The position numbers and the translations under genes were made by a program. The notes beneath the pieces were generated by a model. The model was not told the DNA's origin, did not search any database, and worked only from the letters and a program-made list of their open reading frames with translations. From Neodothiora populina (Eukaryota), in contig NW_027191404.1 in assembly GCF_041146345.1 (NCBI RefSeq), positions 62,001 to 126,000 on the forward strand: DNA of 64,000 bases. Reading direction: 5' to 3'. This document shows positions 25,177-39,222 of this stretch, piece by piece (positions within the stretch are counted from its first letter, which is position 1; every line of letters begins with the position of its first letter).

Positions 25177-28133
25177 ACCAAGACGGTGGGCCTGTAGTGT
25201 GACTGAAGATCTCTTGGTATGCTGAGATGCTGCACGTCGATGCTGTAGCCAAGAAAAGCCAAGTTGAGATAAAGGTGTGTTCTATGTAGCTAAGTCCGCC
25301 TTGTCAAGAGCTCTAGGAGAAAAACCACATGGCAACAAAATGTAGACTTGCTTCCCATCTTATATCGACACGAGCCGAACACGCGCTCCACCTCGCATTT
25401 TCATTCCACAACGCAATCCTTGGTAGCCCTTGTGGGGTGAGTTTCGAGAAAGAGCAGTGACCATGCAATGACCACCTCGGGATCAGCGGCGTTGGGCCAA
25501 GAATGGTGGACCGCTGAGCAGACAGTCACTGGGATCACCAAAATATGAAGTTTCCGACGATGCTTGTAGAGCAGATCTCGGCCGTTTCACGGTCTTTTAC
25601 CATTTTGCCGACCATGGTGATGCCAAGAGCACACACGAGTGCCCATCCCCGCAGTTTTTATCTGCATAAATCTGGTAGAGAGAGCGGGTTTAATTTGGGA
25701 ATTGCGGTTCCAACAATGTAACGCTGTCAAGCGATACTGAAGACCGTGAACAAGAAGTGCATATTGATATTGTAAGCGCCGCGGCTGCGCATGAGTCGGC
25801 TAAGCTGTGCGGCGCTCGTCTCAATGCCGCGATCTCCTCTCCCATCAGCAGGTCACGGACTGATGTAAGGGCATATCAGCGGTCTTTTTGAGTCATCGGA
25901 CGTTAGGACCGAATTCCCCAGGATGAACCATCAGTTCAACACTTCTCACACTCACAACCTACCTAAGCATGGGATCTTGCAGTTCGTAGTGGGATATTTG
26001 CCCTAATACATGGTCTATTGCCGAAAGCTGGCCTGTGTCGATGGGTTGTTTGGAGTATCACGCAGGGTTACACAGTCAACAAGCGAACGGAAGCAAATTA
26101 CATCATTGATCCTGTACAATATGTGTCTCCATAGCGCACGCATGATTTCCAAATCAAGGAGTGGTTTGCAGACAGATAAGGCTGACACGGCGGTCAATGC
26201 TACCTAGGGGAGGCCAACGCTGTTGTATGCATATGTTGGCTAATCCGTCGTGCTTCCTTCGTGTTACAGGGATCCCAAGACTTGTTACCTCAACAAGTTT
26301 GCATGATTTAGAACGGAGAAATTATATAAGGCATAGCTATGTGGTTCCACCAGCAACGTGATTCATGCTGTTATTACTTGTTGCACTGTCATAAGCACAT
26401 GTCAGTCGGTCTATCGTAGCGGAGATACTTGTAGCAAGCAGTGGTGCCAGTAAGCGGTATGTTGACTTGGGTCTAAAAGTGATGTCCGAATTTCGGACCT
26501 CAGCGAGAAAAAAGGAAGCAGGCTAGCGAAGCGAGCCGAGGCAGCTGTGTGCATAACTTCGCTTGTGAATTATGCTTGGGGCACTGTCGACCTGAAGCAT
26601 CACAACTTCCTCCAACTCGTGTCCGTTCTCGAGATATAACAGCCTGAAGTCGACGAAACTGCTCCCATCATGACATGATGTGTCGTCTGAAGAGACCAAT
26701 AACCTTAAAGCCAATATAGCTTGCTCATTCAGCCTCTTCGTTTTCGTGATGATGTGGAGGGAATGCGGGCCTCCGCGTTCCTCTTCGTTTTCGTTCCTGT
26801 TTTTCCCGAATCCCCAGAGATGCACCCCAACCTGGGGGAAGCACATTGCGGGCGAATATTATTGCTGTACATACAGCCTCAAACAGTCAATCCTGCGCCG
26901 TTGATCCTTGACACAGCACATCCGGAGATGAATGTCTTTTTTGATCAAATAATATATTGTCTGTTGATGCAGTGTCGGTCCCGAGAATCCGAGCTGACGC
27001 TAAGGTACTGTATACTCCCTGCAGCTTTGCATCATGGTATCGGTATCGTGACCAACAATTCGTCTTCCATTGCTGAAGCCTTTCAATAAACCTCGTGAAT
27101 TCGCATAATAAGGACGCCTTTTGTCGCAAGGAAGACCGCAAAGACGATACCCACGCCGACGGTTCGAGCGCTTGTTGACCCTTTCTGGCGATAACAATCT
27201 GCAGGCTGTCCAGCGGTATATCCGTGCCGCTGCTTCCCTGCAACGAGGCACCCATGATATTGAAATCTTTTCCTTTCCCATTCTCTCACTACATAATAAT
27301 TGGGTCCAGGCCGTCTTCGTGATGCAGCAAGGCAGCACGGTGAATGTGGCTTTCACTGGATTACGGCGTGTGTTATCACCGGCAAAGGCGGAAGAAGAGT
27401 CGAGTGGCGGACTTGCTACCGACCATGTGCATCACGGTCCATACTGCTTCGTCCAAACAAGGGTTACGGAGTATCTGCGTAGTCGAGATACACAAGTGTC
27501 CAACGGAACATTGAGATGCCGCAGTGATAAAACAGTGGAGCCCCACTTGAATTCCTTTGATCATCTAGATCCAGAGCGGTAAACAATACTTCATCCAGGA
27601 AAACTGGCCAGTCCATATAGTCGGTGAAACGTGCTTTCTGGCATAGTGTCTAGAATGGCTGGACATGGCACGTTCGCCATCTCCCTTGCAAGCGTGGGGT
27701 GAGATCTGTTTCGGATCATGACGACGGATGTCACGCGCGACTTTGCAGTATCCCTGATATTGACAGACCGGCGAGGCCTTCGGCAGTGAGAACTGTACTT
27801 CTTACATGCTGGTCAATATACCACTGATATGAGCATGTGTTCATTTGGAACGCCACCGTGAACGATTTCTCCTTGCAGTTATCCGACCATACAACACATG
27901 CTGGAAAGTTGAGAATGGAGATATCTGGGTCAGGTGTAATAGTTGGCAGAGGTCAAGAGGCTCCAAGGCGGAAAGGTTCCGTTGCTGTGCCCCTCCTCAG
28001 CCGCTCCCCACGTCTACGATAACGTTGGCTGTATACCTTACAGTACGTGCATGCGGACCAAACGATCCAGTCATACAACAGATCGCAATCTCTACGGTTC
28101 TCAGAGGCCACGCACCCGCGTCAAAGTGAAATC

Positions 28134-29222
28134 ATGTCTGAAGGTCAGAAACCGCAGCATCTTCGGAAGACTATCACTTCGACTTGACCCGAAGATTACT
28201 GACCGAGCATATCCAACTATAGACCCAACACAAACCGCGCAACCAAAGGATGCACGAGAGCGGCTAAAGGCCACTTTCGTCGACAGAGATCCAAGCACGC
28301 ATCCAGAGCGTTGGGATGCCCTGTGGCAAAAGAAAGACACCCCATGGGACCAAGGCACTCCGAATCCAGCTCTTGTTGATTTCCTCCGCGAACCAAAGGA
28401 CCTGATACCAACTCCTGTTGCGGCTGAAGGCGGTACGACTACACGTAGAAGAAAGGCGTTAGTACCTGGTTGCGGGGCAGGCTACGATGTCCTGCTGTTC
28501 GCTAGTTTTGGTTACGATGCATATGGTGTAGAAGGATCACGAACGGCAATTGAAGCCGCCGAGCAAGCAAAAGCCAATCACGAATCCAGACCCGAATATG
28601 CTGTTGCCGACTCCAAGGTTGGTTGCGGGGAAGCCAGGTTCCTGTACGGCAATTTTTTCGAGGACGACTGGTTGGACGAGATCGAGGGAAGTGAGAAGGA
28701 AGGATTTGATGTGATCTATGACTATACGGTAGGTTGTTCGCTCTATCCTCTCAACTTATATTACCTACCCTGTGCTCTGCTTCAGTCTTCTACATATGTT
28801 GTAGTGCTCATACAAGCCAACAGTTTCTCTGCGCCCTTCCCCCAGCAATAAGACCCAAATGGGCTCAACGAATGTCCCGCCTCCTCTCGCCGACAGGCCG
28901 CCTAGTCTGCCTCGAGTTTCCCACCTACAAAGCCCCCTCACTAGGCGGACCACCCTGGGCAGTGCGACCAGCATTCTACGTCGCGCTGCTGAGCCGGCCG
29001 GGCGAAGCCATCGAATATGACGACGGAGGGAACCTCAAGAACGGGTACGAGTACGATGAACAAGTCGGACTGGTGAAGAGAACCGAGCGGGAAGCTGGCG
29101 TCGAGGTTGTCGAGGGGGTCGAGAGGACTGAGAAAGGGCTTTTGCGCGTGGCGCATTGGAGACCGGAACGCACGCATGAGATTGGCAAGGAGACTGATTG
29201 GATCAGTGTATGGAGACATTGA
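28134..29222 (+). CDS. SAM-dependent thiol/halide methyltransferase (TPMT family); exons 28134..28143, 28223..28728, 28824..29222
   Basis: WDALW..TPWD, motif I ALVPGCGAGYD, FDVIYDYT|FLCALPP across intron 2, LVCLEFP..GGPPW. The micro-exon model gives MSEDPTQ. Confidence 0.88.
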
Positions 29223-29570
29223 ACGTGGGTGTGAGTGACCCTCGCTGTGGGAGAGAGGATTCGATATTGTAGGTCTGCAATAGGCCTTCGATGGATGGAT
29301 CAAGATATTGGACGATATAAGCCGTGTCTTTTCTCTCATCGTTCGTAGCGCGACACTGTCATGTATATAGGATTGGTCCAACATGTTCATCTCATGTATT
29401 TTGACAAAGACGAACATCAAGTCACTCAACAGAGCCAAAATCGATCGAAGGAGTGCGGGAAGAAGAAGAAGCTTTTTTCTTCATGTTATCATCTCTATTG
29501 AAGCCGAAGCCGAAAAACTATGAACAATGTTACAGAAACCCCTACATGACATCATGTTCTTTTCTACAAA

Positions 29571-31318
29571 TTACTCCCAAATAGCTCTATAGAAATGTCT
29601 CTTCGTCCTGACAGGGGCGAGCGTCTCGCCCGCCAGCACCTCGTCCATGCCCGTCTTGAGATCGACCTCGAGCGGATCATACGCCCAGGGATCGCTCCAG
29701 GCATAGATGCGATGACCGAAGTAAATGACGAAAAAGATAGGGATACCGACGTAGGCGGTCAGGAAACTCGACGCGGTGAAGTTCTGAGGCCAGAAGACGT
29801 TGAAGCCGTTGATGAGGCACAGAATGATGAACATGACGAGGGCGAACCATGCGCCCCACGGCTGCATGATCTTGCTGTGATACGGCAGTTCCGAGTCCGG
29901 CACGCCCTGGGCTTTGAGAGCCTTGCGGAAGCGCAGGTAGACGATGCAGCAGCAGGACCACGAGATAAAGGCGGAGGTGTTGGTCAGATTCACGAACCAG
30001 TTGAAGACGACGGAGCCGCTGGAGCCGACGTTCAGGTAGGCGAGGGGCGCGAAGAGGGCGGAGACTGCGACGGCGCGGTACGGGACGCCGTTCTTGGTGC
30101 AGGCTTTGAAAAATGATGGGGCGTTGCCTGAGAGGGCGAGAGAGTAGAGACTTCGGCCGGAGAGGTAGAGGAAGGAATTTCCGGAGGACCAGGCAGAGAG
30201 AATGATTCCAGCGTTGATGATGGAGTCGAGGATGGGGATGCCTGCGTTCTTGATGCCGACCACGAAGGGGGAAGAACCGGCGCCGGCCCCTCCATCGGTG
30301 AGACGGGCGTCATCGGAGGGGCAGATGACACTGATGGAGAGGACACAGCCGATGTAGAAGATGATGAGACGCCAGAAGTAGCGCTTGGCTGCGATAGGGA
30401 GGTTGCGACGGGGCGATTCCATTTCTCCGCCCGTCACGACGAGAAGTTCAGGGGCGAAAGTGAAGGGGAAGGCGGAAAGGACCCAGGTCGACAGGAGAGC
30501 GAGGAAACGTCCAGTGTTGCCTTCTGCGAGATATGTGTTTGCTGCTCTAGGGTTTTGCCAGTAGCGGAAGCCCAGTCTGTCGCGGCTGGGGCCACCGCCC
30601 CAGAACAGAATGAAGGACAGGATCAAAAGTCCCATCATCATTAGAACCTTCAGGGAGGCGAACCAGAACTCGGTCTCTCCGTAGAACTTGACCGGGAGGG
30701 CGTTGAGAGCGACAATGACGACCATCATGATACTGATCCACACCGCAATGTTGATATCGCTACCCCAGTAATCGATGACTAGACCGGCAGCGGTGATTTC
30801 GTAAGGAACAAGAATACCAAGAGAGTACCAGTAGAGCCATCCCATGGCAAAACCGAGCGAGCGACTGACATATCTGGAACCAAAGAAGTTCATGGAGCTA
30901 CCACGGGTGGGAAGAAAAGCGGCAATCTCAGTGATGGCAGTGACAATCATCCAGATCAGAGCGGCCATGAAGCAGTAACTTCCGAGGATGAAAGCTGGAC
31001 CACCGCGAGCGAGCGTTTGACCCGAACCAACGAAGAGACCAGTACCAATGGTTCCTGCAGTGCAAAGTCTGGTCAGCTGTGTCCCATCTGGAATCATGCG
31101 CTTTTTGCTTGCGCCTGCGACGTACCTCCCAGTGCAATCATCTGAGCATGTCTCGATTTGAGACCACGCTGAGTGCCACCATATCTCTCATCATACATTT
31201 CTCCAGCCAGGATATCGCCATTAGCTACCGAGCCCTTCGTCACCACCCTGTCGATGCTGTCTTTCTCATGAAGCTCGTACGGGGCCTTGCCGCCGTCATG
31301 GGTTCCCACTCGATCCAT
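29571..31318 (-). CDS. Amino-acid permease (APC/YAT family; proline permease Put4/PrnB-like); exons 31318..31126, 31054..29571
   Basis: RGLKSRHAQMIALG|GTIGTGLFVGSG signature across a GTACGT..CTGCAG intron; YGETEFWFASLK, GEMESPRRNLP, SPFVVGI, SSGNSFLY. Confidence 0.93.
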
Positions 31319-31471
31319 GGTTATAGTTACGTGTCAACGGATAAATGAATGGGTCCGAATGTCGTATGGATCTTTAGTGTCGATGCCGCGGTGGGCAGAT
31401 CGGGAAGAGTGGTATATATGCGTCCAACCTTTAGACCAACTGCATCAAAAGGCAGAAGTGTGAGTGGTCAA

Positions 31472-32680
31472 AGATAGAGGCCGAAAGGGTGGAAGAAAAA
31501 GAGTAAGACAAGGATGATGAAACAGAGAATGTAGCTTACGCTGCTCGTATTCGACGAGCCGAGCAAGTCTGGGCCATACAAGGTCTTTATAACAAAACCT
31601 ACCTTGCTTGCGTTTCACGCGACATCCCGCTACTGTACTCACTTCGATGAGGTGAGGATAATGATACCAACCATACAAGCCAAGGGCCAAGAGATAAGAG
31701 TTTCGGCGATCGCGACTCGTCTTTTTCGGCAGACGTTGCAGTAGAACGTGTGAAGAATAGGGAAAACAAGGTCCGTGACGAAGATTCATCGGTACACTCT
31801 TCGTCTAGAGGGGCCTGCAGTTCCCGACGACATGGGGAGAAAAGCATCCGTGGCCGAGACTGCAGTGCCCATCATTCGCTAAGCCTTGTCAAGGAGACGT
31901 GTGGCGAAAGATAAGGCAGGTAAGCTGAATATCCGTAAGCCGTACGCAGATTGTCGCGACCAGATATGCGAGCAATTGGGCCATCTATGGAGGACAGAGC
32001 AGAGAGCATACAATATGTCAATAGCATTACGTGAGATAACATACCTTTACCATGCTTTTCCCCTAGTGTGCTTTACCATCGACCGTGACCTTGCTTCTTC
32101 AGTCTGTCTGCTTTCCCGATGAAGCATGATGCGCAGGGCGCTTTGTCTTCAAGCAGCTACAATTTCCTGTAAATTGAGACCGAAAGGTTGGGACATGGAG
32201 GCTTGACGACCAATCAGAAGGTTTCTAGGTATCTTAATGCTTCCAGACCTCTTCGAACCACTTTACCTTTGCTTTCCACAAACTCATGACCTTTGACTGG
32301 CATGCGATTTGGTCGCACAAATTGAATGGTGGCCACTGATGGCGAGGATGCACCGCACCGGAGCCGAACCTAGAATCGTCTCACCTCCAAGATCATTGAT
32401 TCGCCCAGTCAACTGCATTGGTTAGGCCGAGACCATATCATCTTTCTTGATCAATTGGCGGTTGCTCAGCAGTTGCCAAGCTTGGAGGCGTAACACCATG
32501 ATCTTCTAGTTGCTTGGGGCCGGCAGTGCTGGTGGTGAGACTGACCGAGATATTATGGCAGGGGTGGGAAGAGAGATAAGATAGGCTTCAAGACGGGGGG
32601 CCCAAGCCCCCTAAAGTTATAAGAAGAGAGAGATCTGTGAATGCACATCGTACCTAGTCGGCGTAAGAGAAACTGATAAG
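31472..32680 (+). promoter_or_regulatory. Cluster of HGATAR (AreA/Gln3-type) sites upstream of the permease
   Basis: AGATAG 31472, AGATAA 31692, 31909, 32034 and 32574, AGATAG 32579, TGATAA 32674, all on the + strand. Confidence 0.5.
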
Positions 32681-33834
32681 CCAAGTAGCCAATCTATTCT
32701 ATCTAAAATCGCGTCATGGTCGCGCGGGTTTTTCCAAATATAATTGTTACGTTGGTCTACTCATCACGGCGATCAACAATTTTTCCATTCGCATCCAGGA
32801 GACCTTCACGCATGTAAGTCGTCTTGGTCGTGTCGTCGCAATAAAAGACTTGAGACACGAACACACGGACCAAGCGACCGAGCGAAATGAACGGACCAAG
32901 CGGGCAGAAGTCGTCCTCTCCACGTTCTTGGTCAGGCAAGCGGGATTTCCAGACATTGCCTTATTGCGTTCAGAGCGCCGAGTGTCAAGAAGTGAGGATG
33001 GTTCGAGTAGTTACAACTTCGACAATGAGTATCGAGGACGGCGTAGCAGATAGCCGAAGATCTCGAAGTCTTGACATGCAATGGCAGATCGTGCTGAATA
33101 CCGCAATTGTCGCGAGGAATGGGTACATATGTACGCCTGCAGCGCTACATACCACATACGACTAGGAAGAAGACATCATTCACGACAAAGAGGGAGGAAA
33201 GATCCGTAAAGCAGCACCACAAGTACGAGGCCGCGACAAGATCAGTGTTCGAATCAAGGCCTTGCAGCCGTCTCTCGACTCGAGTGACATTGGTATACGG
33301 TCGACGCGGTCTCACGAAGCTTGTGCAAAGTTCGATGTCAAAAAAGTAAAGTAAGATCAAGGGCACACATGTTTACTTATAAGACAGTGTGGAACGATGC
33401 CACGATGCTTGTCGTTGCTCGTGGTAACTTTCTCTCTCTTTGATGAGTATATGCCGCTATTTCGCCCACATTGTGACCGTCTCAGCTAAGTAGATCTTCC
33501 TCATCTCTTACAACGTGGTGGAAGACTCGCGTCCAATCACAGTATAGATTCGATTTGGATGCCTGATGGCACAAGTCGGTTCAAATGTGGTGTGTTACCA
33601 TAGTTCGTGGCAGCGGAGTCCAGGTCTAGGTATTACTTCAATTCATTAATTAAGCTATGATATCTATACAGAACAAAACAAAAGTCTCTTGCCACGCCAA
33701 TGCCAATTTTAGTATTAGTACAGTACGTTATTCATCTGAACGTCGTTCAAGCATTTGCGGGCTTTACAGAGGAAAAGTGATCAAGTAAAACATCATCCCA
33801 ACACACTGTACAAGTGTTTTCTGCTAACAATCTT

Positions 33835-36800
33835 CTATGCCGCGACAGCTGTTCGTCCTGCATAGTTGTCTGCGTCGTGTTTGCCGATCTCGACATCATT
33901 AAGATGGCCAGCCGGCGTGTTTCTGTAATCTTTATCGTGGCCTGCTTCGCCAGATTTAGTGTGCGACGTTGGCTGTGTCCGCTCTTCGTCCAGTGACTCT
34001 ACGGCTGTGTCACTTGCGTCCTCGCCGTCTTCTGCTGCCTTTACATCGTCCTGTCGTTTCTCGTCTTCGTCACGGATGTCTGTCATGCCACTGGAATCAA
34101 CGGCTGGTCCTGTGTTCGCACCGTTGACCTCGGTATGATGTTTCGAATCTTTCTGTATGCCTTCCCCTGCTTCGTCGGAGTCGCGTGGTCTGCGCTTGAA
34201 GTGTCCGTTTGGCGCTATAACAGACCCTTTTCCGTAGTCAACTGGTTGGTCCATAGCCGATGCTCTAGGCTGCTGTGCGATTTCAAGCTCCTTCCTTCGT
34301 GTTTCGAACACCTTCTCCATGTCTTTGCCTTGTTTTCTAGCCTCCAATGCTCGTTCGGCGGCCTTGACATTCTCAAGGGCCCCGCTTTCGACCCATTTCC
34401 GTTCTTCCTTTTGCATAGACCATCGTCCTCGCATGCGGCCGCCATGGTTCTTCTCGTAGTCTGACTTCTCGTGCCAAACCTGCTTCATGACCCGCCAACC
34501 ATTGTCTACTGCGTCTTGCGTTTCGCTGAGGTAGCTGGAATTGTTCTTCTGATCGGCTTCACGAAGTGCATCCAGGTCCTTCTGGCCTTGAATTATGTGT
34601 GCTTTACGGATGAATGAAGTTGTACCCGGCCCACCCACCTTCTTCTTGACTTCCTTGCGTACTCCTTGCGCAAGCATCGCTGGAGGTGCAACTATGGCAG
34701 TCACGTCCTTGAGGACGAAGCCGCCAATGCCTTTCGCGAAACCTTTTCCCAACCCTGTGAACTTGCCTACCTTGCTTGGAGCATCCTGCCAGCCATGCAT
34801 CGGCTGTGTTACAAGACCGGTCCAACCGTCGTAAACGCCATACGCGAATTCGTTTCGAGCTGCCTTGGCTCCCGAGTGCATGCCTGTGATGCGCACTGGT
34901 TGACGGACCGACGCATCGCCGTACAAACGGGGGGCGTTGTGGAAACCTTGAGCCATGGCAAGACCGAGGTCAAGAGGCAAGCTTGCCAAAGCACCAGCAA
35001 ATGTCATGACTCCCTGACCAGCATCTGTCGCGAGCTCTTGAGCCAAGGGCTCCTCGGGATCTGCAGATATGGTTGACTGAACTGAGTTGCCTGTGTCTTG
35101 GTGAGACGGACCAGCAGGTCGTGTTTGCGACTCATCTTGTTGCTGCTTCCCTTCAACATGCTGGCGCGCGGAATCTTTGGCCTTTTGCCTGGCCTCCTTC
35201 TTTTGCAGTCTTTCCTTCTTTCTGGCCTCGTGCTTCTCATACTTCTTGATATGTTTCGCCATTCTGATAGGAACCATTCCGAATCCTTTGGCGAGACCGG
35301 TACCACTGTCCATGAGAGCACCACCGATGCCAGTGAGAGGCTCACCCGGTCCATCAAAGTCATTCCAGTCATATACCCGTAATAGACGCAGATCGCTCCA
35401 CTTGAGCTTTTTGCTGTCGACAAGCATGTCAGCAGCTAACGCACTGAGCCGGAGGTGCGAGTGTTTGAGCTGCCAGACCGCGACACGGTCTTCCAGGATC
35501 GAACATCTCATATTCCGATGACCCGCAAAAGGCAAGCTGCGATGGAAACTCTTGACTGCATTCTCCGCACCGTCACCTTCTTGACTGATGCTGTCGGCAA
35601 GCTTCTGAATGTTTTCTTGCGCCTCATCCGTAAGGCACTGTTTGATGCCTTCGGCGAGCTTTTCCACAGTCAGCTGCTTGTAAGGTATGCACTCGTGCGC
35701 TCCAGCCTTGTGGCTCGAAACCATGGCGCCCCAGAAGGCTTGATCTCCAAAGAAAGGAACGATCATGGTAGGTTTGGCGCATTTGAGACCGATGGCGCAC
35801 GTGCCTGCGCCACCGTGATGTACGACGGCTTTGCAACGCGGGAACAACCAGTCGTGAGGGGTGTTCTCGAGCATGAAAATGTTATCCGGTGTGTCATCTC
35901 CTCCAAGACCTCCCCAACCTTTAGAGACGAGAGCACGAACGCCGGCAATCTTGACGGCGTCGAAGATGAGCTTAGTGAACTGGTCTGGGTCGTCCACGAC
36001 GATGCTGCCAAAGCCGATGTAAATAGGAGGTTCACCAGCATCCAAGAAATCTTGCAGATCTTGTGGGGGCTTATAGTCAGTGGCAAGATCGAGAAAGACG
36101 TATCCAGCAATGTCGATCTCGGGACCCCAGTCCTTGGGCTTAGATACGAGGGCAGGACTCCACATATAAGTGTAGGGCACCTTCATGCGGAACAGTGCAC
36201 CCGGTGCCCACAGACTACTGACGGGTTCGAGTCCAAGTGTCTTGACACGGAAGCGATTGACGAGGTCACCAAGACCTTGCCAAGTCATCATCTCAACCAT
36301 GGGATAACTCATAAAGTTGACGTAGTTTTCATCGACGTTGCTTTTTTGTGGCTTGATATTCGCAAGTGGATGGGGAAAAGCCTGAGTCGGAGTATAGGGG
36401 AAGGTGAACATAATGTGCAGAGGAATGCCCAAACGTTCGGCAATGTGGACGTGAGCGAAGGAGGGGGGTTCGCAATGATGGCATCTGCGATGAAGGGGCC
36501 TTTGTCCCCAAGCAATTTCATATTCTGCTTGTCCTTTTCGTCATCTGTGGTGTTGGTGCAAGCACGCCAGAAGCCCTCAAACATCTCTGCCATTTGGCTC
36601 CTGCGACGAGCAATCTCACCTTGGCGGACGGTCTCGAGTTTAGGAATGAGACCAGGGTTCTTGACCATAAAGGCCATCAGCTCTGATGGATTGCCACCAA
36701 TGCTAAAGAACTCGAGTCCGACGTCTTTCTCGACGAACTCCTTGAATGCAGGGTGTGTTGCTATTCTGACACGATGCCCATAGCGCTTGAGCACTCGGCC

Positions 36801-37811
36801 AATCTGCATGAAAGGCTGAATATCACCTCGACTGCCGATGACCATAATGACAATGTTGAGGCGAGGCCGCTTGACTGTCTCGTGAACCAACGACGCGGCT
36901 TCATCTTCGTCCGCACGATCCGAACGATTTGCATGCTCACGACTGTCGTGTTCTGCCGTTTCGTCATGGTGATGGCGGGAAGGGGCGTCAATATGGTGCT
37001 TGAAGGTTTGTCCCATAGCTCTGGCAATGTAGCCTGCGTTTGATGTTTCGTTGATGGAGATGTTCAGTCTACCGTCCTTTTTCGACACTTGGCCTTTGGT
37101 GCGATATTTGGCGTTTCCGACGTTTAAAGAAGAGTAATTCTTGTCAGACGAACGCGCCTTGCCTCTGCGACCCTTGTGCTTGACAGCTTCGTTGTCTGAC
37201 GAGGATGAGCTCCAGCTGTCAGAGTCCTGATTGTTGTTGCTGTTATTGTGATCGTTACTGTAGTTCCAATTGGACGCTTGCCCTGGCATGGAGCCGGGGG
37301 TGTGCGATGCCGTCGTCCTTCTCTTCAGCTTTCCCACCAACGTCGACCTTCTGGGCGCGAGCCGAGGACGTTCTGTCTGCCAGGTTCGTTCAATGCTGGG
37401 CCTGTGGGTGCGCGATGCAGTCTCAGGCACAGGTTTCGAGGGTGGAGTAGCATGGTTGGGAGTAGTTGAAGTGGCAAGTCGCGGAACAGAGGGTAATGAT
37501 GTTGGTGGAGTAGCAAAGACGTCGCCATCATCTTCAGCGTAGTCTGCAATCGCGATGCCATTGCTTTCTCGGGGATTTCCTTGTATCGCCGATGCAGATC
37601 CGGAAAAGTACTCGGCTTTTTGTGGAAGCGAGTCATCCTCGTTCTTTGATGGAGTGTGCTTTTGCCTCTGGGGGGTCCGAGGGAATCGTGTTTCCGGGGG
37701 TATCTCTGTCGGTATAATTGGGGTTCCAGTGTTATCACACAATACGCATGTTCCTGTCCTGGACTGTGGTATCTCAGACGATACCGACTGCGATGGCAAT
37801 GAGGATGACAT
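33835..37811 (-). CDS. Sterol 3-beta-glucosyltransferase-like glycosyltransferase (GT28 N-terminal plus UDPGT domain, no PH/GRAM seen) with a 1-nt frameshift at 36463-36468
   Basis: ORF 37811..36309 has LNIVIMVIGSRGDIQPF, GHRVRIATH and FIADAIIANPP. The overlapping frame continues SFAHVHIAERLGIPLH, PIYIGFGSIV, PHDWLF, HHGGAGT, PFFGDQAFWG to 33835. One extra C joins them. Confidence 0.85.
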
Positions 37812-39222
37812 AATAGCTGCTTGATTGATATTTATGATTATGATGGAACGGAAAGGAGATTAATGTCGATCAGGTGACGATAACGAGATATAGGAATGGT
37901 AGGAGCTGCGTCACCTGTAACGATGACCGAAAGGAAGTCAAACAGAAACAGAAAAGTAGTAGTAGCGAATCGTCAATCCGGCACAAGAGAGTAGCAGCTT
38001 CCTGCCTGTGGCCACGCACAGTAAGGTATTGTACAGAGACTCGAGTCAATGCTGTTAGTGAACAAGATGCTGCGCTTTGCACTCTCTTCGAAACCTCTGA
38101 TCCTACTTTCTGTCGATCTCTCTGCTCTTGCAACATCCAGCGCAGTGCATTAGAAGGACTATAGACAAAAACAGGAATTTGAGGAATGCTGCTGGAGGCA
38201 GACAAGATATTGACACAACGAAGTCAAAAACGGAGAGTGCGTCACCTTTGTTTGTCCATTCTCGATATGATGATTCTGGAATCATTCTTCGTTCCATAAC
38301 CTACCGTAGACACCTACTATACTTACTCGCCTGACTTACATTAAGTTTGTCCAATTCCGACGTTTCGACTGCAATCGTCGACCTGCTGACAGGCTGTATC
38401 TGTCACGAAATCATGAAATCTGCACTAAAAAGAGTAGAGTTGGGGTCTATCAAAGGGCTATCAAAGGGATATCGACGTCATCATGCTAAGCCGTCCGTGC
38501 GCGGCGCGTCTCGAGATGCTGTAATAACAAGGTAACCTAAGATAATTGCAGCATCGCGAGGCATCTCAGGTGTCGACTTCGTATAATGTGCCTATACTCC
38601 GATGCCTACCCTTGCCCAGCCGTCCATGCGTCAGACAACCACGGGATGAGCAGAGCTTCCTCCACGGGTTCAGTGACTCAGTTACACTTGTTTCCGGCGC
38701 TTCCAGTGCTCCATCCTACCTCATCATATCCCATAACTCCAATGCTCCAGCGATTTTGGAAGTCATTACCTTACTGGACCAAGTGTGCTGTGGTATCCCG
38801 GATGTACAATTGGAGGAGGCGCCCAGGCTAGATCTAAGACTCCAGGAGACCCAAAAGCCACTATTGTATCCACTAAGCCCAATCTCCTCCATCTCCCATC
38901 CTCTTCGATACTCGTACTGTAGTATAATTCTACACGGCCTGTGGTCCCACTTGAGTCTCTGTTTCCGGATCCGTCTAACTCAATCTCTTCCTCTTTCGCC
39001 TTTTCTGTTCTTTTAGAGCATCCTCCCGCTGTTCGCACCTGACGCTTAGCGGGGAACGGCAAAGTCTATCGTGCAAAGCTACCCGATTCTCTTATATTCC
39101 GCGGAGCCGCTAGCCCGCCGTTCACTAAAATATACCCTCTGTCTACAGCGTCATATCAGGGTCATGCAGACCTCATAGTAAAGGTATTGTTGACCACCAC
39201 TGTGAATGGGAAATCAGGGACG

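Noticed and set aside
26523..27582. Several 107-153 aa ORFs between the sugar porter and the methyltransferase
   Set aside because: They overlap on both strands, lack motifs and have lengths compatible with chance
32747..33366. Short minus-strand ORFs with intron-like signals between the permease and the glycosyltransferase
   Set aside because: No consistent spliced model or recognisable domain
35455..36783. 442-aa + strand ORF, and similar antisense ORFs such as 2071..3084 and 6909..7748
   Set aside because: They lie opposite conserved genes and show no motifs of their own
28134..37811. Methyltransferase plus glycosyltransferase as a methylglucosylation detox pair
   Set aside because: These are TPMT-type and sterol-GT-type enzymes, not adjacent, and not evidently the families of the described modules
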